From an uncultured bacterium (GTDB lineage Bacteria; Edwardsbacteria; AC1; EtOH8): a DNA stretch of 64,000 bases. Made by a program: the position numbers and the translations under genes. Positions 35,596 to 45,297 of this stretch are shown here, in pieces; position 1 is the first letter of the stretch; each line of letters opens with the position of its first letter. The notes beneath the pieces were generated by a model that saw only the letters and a list, made by a program, of their open reading frames with translations, made no database searches and was not told the origin of the DNA. The DNA is taken from assembly GCA_937863685.1 (NCBI GenBank), contig CALMGM010000005.1, forward strand, positions 909,046 to 973,045. The letters run 5' to 3'.

Positions 35596-35684
35596 ATTTC
35601 ATACCAAAGATGCCAGATCCACATAATATTGAAAATTGAAGATAGCGTAAATCCAAAATTACAATGATAATTTAAATAAGACGT

Positions 35685-37166
35685 ATGCCTAAAAAGAAAG
35701 TCATCATCATCGGGGCCGGGCCGGGCGGGCTGACCGCCGGGATGCTGCTGGCTCACCGGGGCCACCAGGTGGAGATATACGAAAAGAAGGAGGTGGTGGG
35801 CGGACGCAACGCCCCCATCAAGCTGGGGGATTTCACCTTCGACACCGGCCCCACCTTCCTGATGCTGCTGGAGGTGCTGGACGATATCTTCAAGGAGACC
35901 GGGCGAAAGATGGGGGACTATCTCGAACTGAAGCCTTTGGACCCCTTGTACCGCCTGCGCTTCGACGGCCAGGATGATTTTTTCCCGTCCGGAGACGAAG
36001 ATAAGATGGCCCAGGAGATCGAAAAAAGATTCCCCGGCGACGGCCAAAATTATCTGAGATTCAAAAAGGAGGAGGGCAAGAAATTCGACCGGGTCTATCC
36101 CTGTCTCAAGGTGCCTTATGGTAGTTTCCTTTCCTATCTGAAACCCCGTTTCATAAAGGCCATCCCCCGGCTGGATCCCTTTGCTTCGGTCTACCACCGG
36201 CTGGCTACATACTTCAAGCACGAGCACCTGCGGATCGCCATGACCTTTCAGGCCAAGTATCTGGGGATGTCGCCCTGGCAGTGCCCGGCCACCTTCACCA
36301 TATTGTCCATCATAGAACACCGCTTCGGCATCTATCATCCCATCGGCGGACTCAATAAGATATCCGAGGCCATGGCCAAGATCATCGGGGAGGACGGAGG
36401 GAAGATACATTTGAACACCCCGGTCAGGCGGATCATCGTCGAAAACGGAAAAACGACCGGGATCATCCTGGAGAGTGGAGACGAAGTGCGGGGCGATGCG
36501 GTGATCATCAACTCGGATTTCGCCTGGGCCATGAGCCATCTGGTGGCACCGCAGGACCGTAGGAAGTACACCGACGAAAAACTAAGAAAGATGGAATATT
36601 CCTGCTCCACCGTCATGCTCTATCTGGGGCTGGACAAGCTTTACGACATCCCGCACCATAACGTGATCTTCGCCGATGATTACCGGGACAACGTGGAGGA
36701 CATAGTCCACCGCAAGACCCTGTCCAGCGATCCCTCGGTCTACATCCAGAATGCCAGCATCACCGACCCCACTCTGGCGCCCAAGGGCAAGTCCGCCGTC
36801 TATGTGCTGGTGCCGGTGACCAACCAGACCTCTGGCATTGACTGGCAGAGGGAACGCAAGGACTTCAGAGACCGGGTGATCGGGATCATCATGAAAAAGA
36901 CCGAAATGAAGGACCTGGACAAACATATCGAGGTTGAAAAGATAATCACTCCGGCCGACTGGGAAAATGAGTATGGCATATACCAGGGGGCTACCTTTAA
37001 TTTGAGCCACAAGATAAGCCAGATGCTGTCCTTCCGGCCCCATAACAAATTCGAGGAGTTCGATAACTGCTACCTGGTGGGCGGCGGCACCCACCCCGGC
37101 TCGGGCCTGCCCACCATCTACCAGTCGGGCCGGATCGCGGCCGAAATGATAGGTTCCAATAAATAA
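35685..37166 (+). CDS. FAD-dependent oxidoreductase of the phytoene desaturase (CrtI) family
   Basis: VIIIGAGPGGLTAGMLLA dinucleotide fold, 493 aa, CrtI-like C-terminal blocks. Confidence 0.7.
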   Translation: MPKKKVIIIGAGPGGLTAGMLLAHRGHQVEIYEKKEVVGGRNAPIKLGDFTFDTGPTFLMLLEVLDDIFKETGRKMGDYLELKPLDPLYRLRFDGQDDFFPSGDEDKMAQEIEKRFPGDGQNYLRFKKEEGKKFDRVYPCLKVPYGSFLSYLKPRFIKAIPRLDPFASVYHRLATYFKHEHLRIAMTFQAKYLGMSPWQCPATFTILSIIEHRFGIYHPIGGLNKISEAMAKIIGEDGGKIHLNTPVRRIIVENGKTTGIILESGDEVRGDAVIINSDFAWAMSHLVAPQDRRKYTDEKLRKMEYSCSTVMLYLGLDKLYDIPHHNVIFADDYRDNVEDIVHRKTLSSDPSVYIQNASITDPTLAPKGKSAVYVLVPVTNQTSGIDWQRERKDFRDRVIGIIMKKTEMKDLDKHIEVEKIITPADWENEYGIYQGATFNLSHKISQMLSFRPHNKFEEFDNCYLVGGGTHPGSGLPTIYQSGRIAAEMIGSNK

Positions 37167-37597
37167 TGCGTCTTTGGTCGTTACATCCCAAATTTCTTGA
37201 CCGCCAGGGTCTGCTGGCCGTGTGGCGCGAGGGGCTGTTGGCACAGAGGGTCCTGCAAGAAAAGACCAAAGGTTACAGGAACCATCCCCAGCTGCAGAGG
37301 TTCCGGGAACAGAAGGACCCCTTGGCGGCTATCAGCGCTTACTTGATCGGTATTCATGCGGAATCGGTGATCAGGGGCTATAGGTTCGACCGGAGGAAGA
37401 TAGCCTCTCCAAAAAAGGCCCTGAAAATAAAAGTCTCCGCCGGGCAGACCGATTATGAGTTCAAGCATTTGCTGAAAAAGCTGGGACAGCGGAAACAAAA
37501 GAAATACCTTACCGTCGGTCCGGAAAAAAGAATTCAGCTGCACCCCCTCTTCAAAAAGATCCTCGGCCCGGTGGAAAGCTGGGAGAGAGTGAAATAA
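37166..37597 (+). CDS. Pyrimidine-dimer DNA glycosylase (endonuclease V / Pyr_excise family)-like protein
   Basis: MRLWSLHPKFLDRQGLLAVWREGLLA N-terminus parallels T4 endoV (catalytic N-terminus and Glu about position 22); TAATG overlap with upstream gene. Confidence 0.5.
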   Translation: MRLWSLHPKFLDRQGLLAVWREGLLAQRVLQEKTKGYRNHPQLQRFREQKDPLAAISAYLIGIHAESVIRGYRFDRRKIASPKKALKIKVSAGQTDYEFKHLLKKLGQRKQKKYLTVGPEKRIQLHPLFKKILGPVESWERVK

Positions 37598-37639
37598 GGG
37601 TTGGCAAAAGCCCGGCAATAGAATATAATTAATCGTAGG

Positions 37640-37681
37640 TTCTTCGGCTTGCCAGGCAGGCACGCCTGCCTCAGAATGACG
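37640..37681 (+). repeat. 42-nt element ttcttcggct-hairpin-ctcagaatgacg (copy B)
   Basis: Same termini as 7017-7057. Confidence 0.35.
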
Positions 37682-37701
37682 ATGGCTAAAATGATCGTTC
37701 A

Positions 37702-38271
37702 ATGATCAAACATAAAGGGACAAAAATGCTGGCACCGCTATTCATCCTGAAAAATACCAAGGGCAAAGGCTACGGGCTTTTTGCCAAAAAGGACATTCCC
37801 AAAGGAACGGTGGTGTTCTACGAGTGCTCCAAATGCAAAGTTATTTCGAAAACCAAATTCGACAAGATGTCCAAGGCCCGAAAAGAAAAACTGCTGTTCC
37901 ATGCCTATACCCGCCGGGACGGATCGGTGGTCAATCCTTGCGGCGATTCGGTCTACCTGAATCACTCCTGCAACCCCAATGTGCTGGATACGGGAAAAGG
38001 CTTCGATATCGTGGTCCGGAAGATCAAAAAGGGCCAGGAGGCCACCTATGATTACCGGGTATTCTACGATGAGGATTGGGGCTTTGAATGCCGTTGCGGC
38101 AGCGAAAACTGCTGCGGGACATTCACTTGCCGCAGGCCCCTGGCCCCGGGGGTGAAAGCATTCTGGGAAAAAGCCATAGATCCCGCTTTGAAATTGATAT
38201 CGAAAGTGCCCCAACCGCTCAAAGAGCCATACCTGAAAGAATTTCCCGGGAAAGCCGGGTATTTCAAATAG
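37702..38271 (+). CDS. SET-domain protein (putative protein-lysine methyltransferase) with post-SET Cys cluster
   Basis: YGLFAKKDIPKGTVV, NHSCNPN, EATYDY, CRCGSENCCGTFTC. Confidence 0.65.
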   Translation: MIKHKGTKMLAPLFILKNTKGKGYGLFAKKDIPKGTVVFYECSKCKVISKTKFDKMSKARKEKLLFHAYTRRDGSVVNPCGDSVYLNHSCNPNVLDTGKGFDIVVRKIKKGQEATYDYRVFYDEDWGFECRCGSENCCGTFTCRRPLAPGVKAFWEKAIDPALKLISKVPQPLKEPYLKEFPGKAGYFK

Positions 38272-38423
38272 AAAGATCCGTTAAAGGTCATGATTTTATG
38301 CTTGACTTTGCCATAGGTTTTAAGTTACATTTATTGCAAAGGGTTATCTGCCGGGATGAGGATGCCGCCCCGGCGGATGATTTTTTAACCTTATATTAAA
38401 AATCCTGCTTTAGGAGTTCTGGG

Positions 38424-39185
38424 ATGAAATTAAAGGTCCTGGGAGCTTCGGGATCAAAACTGCCCGGTTTCGGATTGACCAGTTTTCTGCTGGACAAGAA
38501 CATCCTGATCGACACCGGGGCGGCGGCCTCCATGCTGGACTTCGACGAGCAGCTGAGGCTGGATGCGGTTTTGCTGTCGCACATCCACATCGACCACAGC
38601 CTGGGGCTTTTATTGATGGCCGACAACCTGGTGGGCAGCCTCAACAAATCCATCCAGATCATGAGCATTCCGGAGGTGCTGGACGGCCTGCGGGAACACC
38701 TATTCAACAACCAGGTATGGCCGGATTTCACCTCCATTCCCAACAGCAAGGATGCCATATTCAAACTTAAGCCCATGGCGGAGGGCAAGCCGGTGAAGCT
38801 GGGCAAGTACACCATCCGGGCCATCCGGGTCAGCCATGCGGTGCCTACGGTGGGTTTCATCATCAGCGACGGCAAGAGCTCCCTGCTGTATACCGCGGAC
38901 ACCCGGGCCACCGACAAGATCTGGAAGGAAGCCAGGAAGATCAAAGGCCTCAAAGGAGTGCTGATAGAGACCTCGTTTCCCAACCGGCTTCACGGCCTGG
39001 CCGACCTGTCGGGGCATCTTACGCCGCACGTCCTGCTGCAGGAGATAAACAAGTCCGGCCTCAAGGTGCCGTTTTACGTCTTCCATATCAAGGCCATGTT
39101 CGTGGAGGAGGTGCAGAAGGAGATCGCCCGGCTGAAGAACTCGCAGATCCGGTTGGCCATGGAAGGCGCCACCTATAATTTTTAA
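38424..39185 (+). CDS. MBL-fold metallo-hydrolase (class II cyclic-nucleotide phosphodiesterase-like)
   Basis: HIHIDHSLGL (HxHxDH) metal-binding motif. Confidence 0.65.
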   Translation: MKLKVLGASGSKLPGFGLTSFLLDKNILIDTGAAASMLDFDEQLRLDAVLLSHIHIDHSLGLLLMADNLVGSLNKSIQIMSIPEVLDGLREHLFNNQVWPDFTSIPNSKDAIFKLKPMAEGKPVKLGKYTIRAIRVSHAVPTVGFIISDGKSSLLYTADTRATDKIWKEARKIKGLKGVLIETSFPNRLHGLADLSGHLTPHVLLQEINKSGLKVPFYVFHIKAMFVEEVQKEIARLKNSQIRLAMEGATYNF

Positions 39186-39275
39186 GATCCGACAATATCG
39201 CATTCAGCAAGCCGGAACAATAGACGATGTTTTATTTTCCGGCTTTGCCTTTATATCTTTTAAAGAGGTTTTGGT

Positions 39276-40928
39276 TTGAGAAAAATACTGATCATGCTGT
39301 TATTGGTCTTGGCTGGCTGCGCCAAACGCCAGATGCTGACCCCGGAGCAGTCGCAGCTGGAGGTGATGGACCAGGTGATGCAGGCCGCCATGCTGGAGCA
39401 GGACGGCCAGACCAGGCAGGCCATAGCTCTTTATAAGAGCGCCCTGCGATTGGATAAGGGATCAGCCCTGCTGAACCTGCTTGTCGCCCAGAACTACTAC
39501 GAACTGGGCAACGACACTCTGGCGGTGCTCTATGCCCGCCGGGCAGTGAAATTGGAGCCGGACAACGCCGACAACCGCCTGATGCTGGGCAACGCCTACA
39601 TGATGGCCCGGGAGCTGGAGCTTTCACTGGAGCAGTACCGGGCGGCGGTCAAACTGAAGCCGGAAGATCCGGACGTCTCCATAACCACCGCCGGGCTTTA
39701 CGAGGCCCTGGGCCGCCGGGACTCGGCCATCGCCGTCATGGAGAACATCGCCCGGCAGACCGGCGATCCGGACATCATGATGCAGCTGGGATCCATGCTG
39801 ATGCGCGACCGCCAGGGCGGGCCGGCCAGGGAAATTTACCGGCAGGTGATAAACCGGGACTCTTCCAATGTCCGGGCCTGGATATCCCTGGCGGCCGTCT
39901 ACGAGGTGGGCCAGCAGCCGGATTCGGCCCTGTATTTCTACGGCATAGCCGCCCGGCTGGATCCGGAAAACCTGAGCATCCAAAAGCATATCTTCAACCT
40001 GCTGTTGTCTCTCAACCAGTATGAATGGGCGGCCCAACAGGCCAGGGCCATCCTGGCGAGGGAACCGGGCAATGCCAGCCTGCGCCTGCAGCTGGCCCGG
40101 CTGTACTATCATCAGCAGGATCTTTCCGGGGCGGAGGAGAATTTTCTGGCCTACCTGGAAAGCGACAGCAGCAACACCGAGGCGCTGTTCACCGTGGCCC
40201 GGATCAACTTCCAGAAAAAAGATTATCCCCGGGCGCGGCGGTATTTCCAAAGGACCATGGACCTGCTGCCCAAAATGGCCGAAGGCTGGGTCGCCCTGGG
40301 CAATTGTTTTTTGGCCCTGGACCAGCCGGATTCCGCCACGGCCTCTTACCGGAACGCCCGCCGCTACGGTCTTAAACAGGACCTGGAGCAGCTGATGGGC
40401 GCCGGATATTCCCTGTCCGAAAAATACCGGGAGGCCATACCGTTCTTCCAAGATCAGTACCGGAAGAATCCCAAGGATCCCGACCTGCTGTTCGGCCTGG
40501 CGGTGGCTTACGAACGGAGCGGTGATTTTGATAATGCCGTGGGGATGTTCAAAAAACTGCTGGGGATCGATCCCAAGAGCGCCATTGTGCTGAATTATCT
40601 GGGTTACATGTACGCCGACAAGGGACAGAATCTGGAGGAAGCCAAAGATCTGATCGCCAAGGCCCTGGAGGCCGAACCGAACAATGCCTTTTACATTGAC
40701 AGCATGGGATGGGTGTTTTACAAGATGGGTCGGTTGGAGGAGGCCAAAGAGAGCCTGGAGACGGCCGTCAACCTTCTGCCAGGCGATGCCACTTTAAGGG
40801 ACCATCTGGGGGATGTTTACCTATCACTCAATTTAAAACAGCAGGCTATCGAACAGTGGCAGAAATCTCTGGAACTCGATCCCGGCAAGGATATAATTCA
40901 GGAAAAGATAAATGCGGCTCAAAAATAA
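39276..40928 (+). CDS. TPR-repeat lipoprotein
   Basis: Lipobox LLVLAGCAKR; about 12 TPR units. Confidence 0.65.
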   Translation: MRKILIMLLLVLAGCAKRQMLTPEQSQLEVMDQVMQAAMLEQDGQTRQAIALYKSALRLDKGSALLNLLVAQNYYELGNDTLAVLYARRAVKLEPDNADNRLMLGNAYMMARELELSLEQYRAAVKLKPEDPDVSITTAGLYEALGRRDSAIAVMENIARQTGDPDIMMQLGSMLMRDRQGGPAREIYRQVINRDSSNVRAWISLAAVYEVGQQPDSALYFYGIAARLDPENLSIQKHIFNLLLSLNQYEWAAQQARAILAREPGNASLRLQLARLYYHQQDLSGAEENFLAYLESDSSNTEALFTVARINFQKKDYPRARRYFQRTMDLLPKMAEGWVALGNCFLALDQPDSATASYRNARRYGLKQDLEQLMGAGYSLSEKYREAIPFFQDQYRKNPKDPDLLFGLAVAYERSGDFDNAVGMFKKLLGIDPKSAIVLNYLGYMYADKGQNLEEAKDLIAKALEAEPNNAFYIDSMGWVFYKMGRLEEAKESLETAVNLLPGDATLRDHLGDVYLSLNLKQQAIEQWQKSLELDPGKDIIQEKINAAQK

Positions 40929-41691
40929 ATCGGTCTCGAAATGTCGGATTTTAGCGATCATGGCGTTTTGCCTTATCATTGCCGGCTGCGCCCATGTCAA
41001 ACGGACCGCAAATGAGGATCCGGAAATTCTCTGGAACAGGGCCTGGTCCTCATTCCGGGCGGATGACAGTCCCTTCTCGGCCCAGGGAAAGATAACCTAC
41101 GATTCGCCCAAGCTGACCCAGTCCCTGAACTTTATCTGGCGCCAGGAGGGCCGCCGGCATATCCGGATAGATATCTCCGGATTTTTCGGGATCGGCCTGG
41201 CATCGGCCTGCATCGCCGGCGACCGGGCCTGGCTGAACGTCCCCCTGAAGTCGCTTTATATCAACGGCACCATATCGGGCATTGATTCGATGGCGGAAAA
41301 AGCGGCCGGCATCGGCATCGAAAAACTTTTACTGATCATGCAGGGCTGCCCGCCGCTGGAGACCGGCCAGTATTCCATAGCCCAGGATTCGGAGAAGTTC
41401 TATCTATTTGTCTTTGCCAAAAAGGATACCACCATAACCTACCGGTTGGATCAGCAGAATGCCCGGATCGTCGGCTATCAATTGGATATCACCGGAAAGC
41501 CGGAATACAGCATCGGCTATAACGATTGGAAACCGTTCAACAACAGTTTCCGGCCGCATACGGTGGAGTTGTTTTCCTACCGGGACCAGGCCGGACTCAC
41601 TATTAAATTCTCATCCAGGGTTATGGAGCAAGCCTTTGGCAAAGATATTTGGGAACAACCGGCACCTCTAAGGGGCTTGGGCGATGAGTAA
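40912..41691 (+). CDS. Lipoprotein, DUF4292/LolB-like (tentative)
   Basis: Lipobox IIAGCAHV; follows TPR lipoprotein as in many Bacteroidota; weak. Confidence 0.35.
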   Translation: MRLKNKSVSKCRILAIMAFCLIIAGCAHVKRTANEDPEILWNRAWSSFRADDSPFSAQGKITYDSPKLTQSLNFIWRQEGRRHIRIDISGFFGIGLASACIAGDRAWLNVPLKSLYINGTISGIDSMAEKAAGIGIEKLLLIMQGCPPLETGQYSIAQDSEKFYLFVFAKKDTTITYRLDQQNARIVGYQLDITGKPEYSIGYNDWKPFNNSFRPHTVELFSYRDQAGLTIKFSSRVMEQAFGKDIWEQPAPLRGLGDE

Positions 41692-42250
41692 GAGAGTCGA
41701 CAAATACGGCTGGAGGACGGAAGATTCCAAGCCGGTCTATAAAAACCCCTGGATATCGGTCAGGGAGGATCAGGTCATCTATCCCAACGGACAGCCCGGC
41801 ATCTACGGTGTGGTGGAGAAGGGGCCGGGAGTGGCGGTGATCGCCCTGGACAACGAAAAGAACATCTTTATGGTAAGGCAATACCGGTATACCCTGGACG
41901 ACGTTTTTCTGGAACTGCCGGCCGGGGCCATACATCGGGGCGAGGCCGATGTTCAATCGGCCAGAAGAGAATTATTCGAGGAGATCGGCATCAAGGCTGG
42001 GCGGTTCGAGCGGCTGGGAAATTTCTATACCGCCCTGGGCCACGAGACGGCCGAGATCATAGCCTACCTGGCCGACCAATTGGAAACTGACCGGCATTCG
42101 CTGGCCAACCAGCAGCAGGATGAATCCATTCTGGAAATAGTCCGACTGCCCATTGCTCAGGTAAGACAGATGATGGCCAGGGGCGAGATTAGATGCGGGA
42201 TATCTTTGGCGGCGTTAAGTCTTCTATTCGCTAAATATCCGGAGCTGTGA
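41684..42250 (+). CDS. NUDIX hydrolase (ADP-ribose pyrophosphatase-like)
   Basis: NUDIX box GAIHRGEADVQSARRELFEEIGI. Confidence 0.75.
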   Translation: MSKRVDKYGWRTEDSKPVYKNPWISVREDQVIYPNGQPGIYGVVEKGPGVAVIALDNEKNIFMVRQYRYTLDDVFLELPAGAIHRGEADVQSARRELFEEIGIKAGRFERLGNFYTALGHETAEIIAYLADQLETDRHSLANQQQDESILEIVRLPIAQVRQMMARGEIRCGISLAALSLLFAKYPEL

Positions 42251-42897
42251 TCGTGCCCGCCGGAACCATCATATTCTACAGCGACCAGGTGATACCGGGG
42301 AATGAAAGGCTCGACCGGCGGTTCCTGGAGATGAACAAAGATCGGCCAAAGCTGGCCTACATTCCGTCGGCCTCGGACAACAGCCGGAGATATTATCGTG
42401 AAAAGTGTGAATATTACAAAAAATATGACATAGAGGATCTTTTATATTTTGATCTGAACAAGGAATACGACCCGTCACTGATCGAAGAGCTGCTGGCCTG
42501 CGATGCCATACACCTTTCGGGCGGAGATCCCTTCCAGTTTCTGGGGTCCATGCGTAAAAGGAATTTCGGGCCGGTGCTGAAAAAATATCTGGCTGATGGC
42601 GGGATCCTGCTGGGCATCAGCGCCGGGGCCATCGTGCTGACTCCCAGCATCAACATCTCGCATGTTTTCTACAAAAGCAGGACAGATCAGCATCACGCCG
42701 TTGGCTTGGTGGATTTTCATTTCCTGCCGCACTGGAACCAGCGGCAAGACCGGCTGGATGCCGTGCAAAAGTTCTCCGTAGATAACCAAGCCACGGTCTA
42801 TGCCTGCCAGGACGGGGACGGAATGGTGATCCGCGGCGGCAAGATAGAATTGGTGGGAGATGTGCTGAGAATAGAAAATGGAATGATTTGCCAGTGA
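42247..42897 (+). CDS. Peptidase S51 family (dipeptidase E/cyanophycinase-like)
   Basis: LSGGDPFQF, GISAGAIVL nucleophile-elbow motifs. Confidence 0.6.
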   Translation: MIVPAGTIIFYSDQVIPGNERLDRRFLEMNKDRPKLAYIPSASDNSRRYYREKCEYYKKYDIEDLLYFDLNKEYDPSLIEELLACDAIHLSGGDPFQFLGSMRKRNFGPVLKKYLADGGILLGISAGAIVLTPSINISHVFYKSRTDQHHAVGLVDFHFLPHWNQRQDRLDAVQKFSVDNQATVYACQDGDGMVIRGGKIELVGDVLRIENGMICQ

Positions 42898-42921
42898 AAT
42901 ATAAACCTATAGGGTGACACA

Positions 42922-43323
42922 ATGAACTGTATAATAATATACTCCACCTTTTCTTCCCGGGAGCTGGCCGAGAAAACGGCCCGCACCCTGCTGGAGGAGC
43001 AATTAGTGGCCGGGGCCAATATCGTCCAGGCCGAATCGCTGTTCCGCTGGCAGGGGAAGATAGAACAGCGCCCCGAATGGGCGGTTTTCTTCCAGGCCGA
43101 GAGGAATTTTTACAAGCGGATAGAATCGCGCATCAAGCAGCTTCATTCCGACAAGGTTCCCCAGATCGTGATGTGGAGGATGAAGGATGGATACGTCCCC
43201 TTCCTCAACTGGATAATAGACGAGACAAGCCGCCCGGTGCTCAAAAGAGAGCGAAGGGAGAAGGGCAAGGAGTTCCGGAAGAAGAAGACCGAATTGTTGA
43301 AGGGAAAAATAAAAGAAAGCTAG
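42922..43323 (+). CDS. cutA: Divalent-cation tolerance protein CutA with Lys-rich C-terminal extension
   Basis: IIYSTFSSRELAEKTARTLLEEQLVAGANI...WQGKIE pattern. Confidence 0.7.
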   Translation: MNCIIIYSTFSSRELAEKTARTLLEEQLVAGANIVQAESLFRWQGKIEQRPEWAVFFQAERNFYKRIESRIKQLHSDKVPQIVMWRMKDGYVPFLNWIIDETSRPVLKRERREKGKEFRKKKTELLKGKIKES

Positions 43324-43345
43324 TCTCCATGATATATAAGCAGAT

Positions 43346-43867
43346 GTGTGTCAAAAAATGCGTGAGATCGTTTATCATAAAGTGCCTGACGAGTTGCAAG
43401 GAGATACGATATATCCTTTAAACAGACTTAAGGATATCTTTCCGGGTGTGTATCAAAAGCAAGCAGCAAAATACACAGGAAGAGAGAATTTGCTGCAAAG
43501 GAAAGTACCGATTTTAAATTGTCTGTGGAATGACGTGATCCATCTTACGGCCATAAATCCAAAAATAATATTCTCATTTTTACGACAGATAGGTTTTGAA
43601 TACCCTCTTCATGGCTTTTATGAAATAGATTTTTCCAAGTTGGATCCGGATTATTGTATAGAAATGATTTATTCCGGCGGTGAAAGGAAATACCGAAAGA
43701 TCGAATCTGACAAATTCCCCAAAGTTGAAAATTTGCCAGCAGAAACCATTGAGTATTTCAAAAGCTGCTGGAAAGAAAAAACCCACCCCCTGCTGTTCAA
43801 TGGTATCCCGCATATTCTGTATAAGGGCGCGATAAATATCAAAGGAACAGCAATAATCGAAGTTTAA
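43346..43867 (+). CDS. Hypothetical protein, AT-rich
   Basis: 173 aa, no confident family; GC far below flanks. Confidence 0.3.
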   Translation: MCQKMREIVYHKVPDELQGDTIYPLNRLKDIFPGVYQKQAAKYTGRENLLQRKVPILNCLWNDVIHLTAINPKIIFSFLRQIGFEYPLHGFYEIDFSKLDPDYCIEMIYSGGERKYRKIESDKFPKVENLPAETIEYFKSCWKEKTHPLLFNGIPHILYKGAINIKGTAIIEV

Positions 43868-43885
43868 AACCAGTACGGAAATATT

Positions 43886-44080
43886 ATGGAATGTAATAAA
43901 ACCAAAAATCTGAAAAACTGCAACTGCAGTTACGAACCCTGTTCCCGCAAGGGTGCTTGCTGCGAGTGCATTGCTTATCACCGGGCCATGAACCAGCTGC
44001 CGGCCTGTTATTTCTCGGAAAAAGCCGAAAGAAGCTACGACCGTTCGATAGCGGCCTTCATCAAAGACCAGGGCCGGTGA
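43886..44080 (+). CDS. Small Cys-rich protein (8 Cys, putative metal-binding)
   Basis: [32 protein letters not shown]...LPACYF. Confidence 0.35.
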   Translation: MECNKTKNLKNCNCSYEPCSRKGACCECIAYHRAMNQLPACYFSEKAERSYDRSIAAFIKDQGR

Positions 44081-44541
44081 AGATAGACAACAGCTGGTAT
44101 ATCAAGCCGCCGGGGGTGGCCGAGCATGTTTCCTGCGGCGGGGTGGTGGTCAGAAAGGATGGGAATCGGATCCTGGTGGCGCTGGTCACCGAGCCGAGGT
44201 TTGCGGAATACATTCTTCCCAAGGGCCATGTAGAATCCGGAGAGGATCTGGAGCAGGCCGCCCGGCGGGAGATCGCCGAAGAGGCAGGCTTCACGGAATT
44301 AACGCTGGTCAAGAGCCTTGGATCCTCCGGACGTTTGGATTTCCGGAAACGCTCCTGGGGCACAATGCATTATTTTCTGTTCACCACCGGCCAGGATAAG
44401 ACCAGACCCAGCGATCCGGAACACCAGTACATCGTGAAATGGTTTTCGATAGATGCCCTGCCCGAAATGTTTTGGCCGGAGCAGAAAGAATTGATCGAGA
44501 AAAACCTGAAAAAGATAAAAATGCTGACAGCAAACATATGA
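44077..44541 (+). CDS. NUDIX hydrolase
   Basis: [28 protein letters not shown] box; start set at GTG 44077 (ORF track 43957 overlaps upstream gene). Confidence 0.65.
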   Translation: MKIDNSWYIKPPGVAEHVSCGGVVVRKDGNRILVALVTEPRFAEYILPKGHVESGEDLEQAARREIAEEAGFTELTLVKSLGSSGRLDFRKRSWGTMHYFLFTTGQDKTRPSDPEHQYIVKWFSIDALPEMFWPEQKELIEKNLKKIKMLTANI

Positions 44542-45212
44542 CCCAAGCCGGCAGCAATATGACCAATACCGAAAAACTCCGCCAGATCGCTCTGGACGAG
44601 GGGATGGCCGTCTTTGGCGTGGCCGAGCTTGAACCGATAAGGCAAATATTTCACCCCGATATCGTCCAAGCCGCACAGGGGCTTAAATACGGGATATCGG
44701 CGGGATTCCGTCTTTCCGATCCCACCATAGACGATATTGCCGACCGGCCGACCCTGTTGTACAAGCACCACTACAAGGTGGCCAACTATACCTTGGACCG
44801 GGCCGGGGCCAAGCTGGAAGCTTATATCCAATCCAACGGTTGCCAAGCCCTGCCCATTCCGGCCTCGCAGACCATAGACTGGGAGAAGCACCTGGGGCAC
44901 CTGTCCCACAAGGCAGTGGCGGTGCAGGCCGGGCTGGGTTGGATAGGTAAGTCGGCCCTGTTCATCCATCCCCAGCACCGGGCCCGGCTGAGACTGGTCA
45001 CCGTCCTGACCGATATGCCGCTGGAGGCAGGGAGTCCCATAGAAAGATCCTGCGGCAGCTGCCAGCTGTGCATCGAAGCCTGTCCGGCCGGGGCCATATC
45101 GGATCAGGGCTACGACAAACCCAAGTGCATCGCCCAGCTGAGGGAGTTCTCCCGCCTGCCGGGGATCGGGCAGTATATCTGCGGGGTGTGCGTCAAGGTC
45201 TGCCGGGATTGA
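44538..45212 (+). CDS. QueG-like 4Fe-4S protein (short epoxyqueuosine-reductase-like)
   Basis: GLGWIGKSALFIHPQH and CGSCQLCIEACPAGAI ferredoxin motif; ATGA overlap with upstream NUDIX. Confidence 0.45.
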   Translation: MTQAGSNMTNTEKLRQIALDEGMAVFGVAELEPIRQIFHPDIVQAAQGLKYGISAGFRLSDPTIDDIADRPTLLYKHHYKVANYTLDRAGAKLEAYIQSNGCQALPIPASQTIDWEKHLGHLSHKAVAVQAGLGWIGKSALFIHPQHRARLRLVTVLTDMPLEAGSPIERSCGSCQLCIEACPAGAISDQGYDKPKCIAQLREFSRLPGIGQYICGVCVKVCRD

Positions 45213-45297
45213 AGAGAGACATTTAAATCCTAAAAAATAGATACAGCCTGGATTACCGCTTTCGCGGGAATGACAAATATAAAATGAGCATTTTTTA

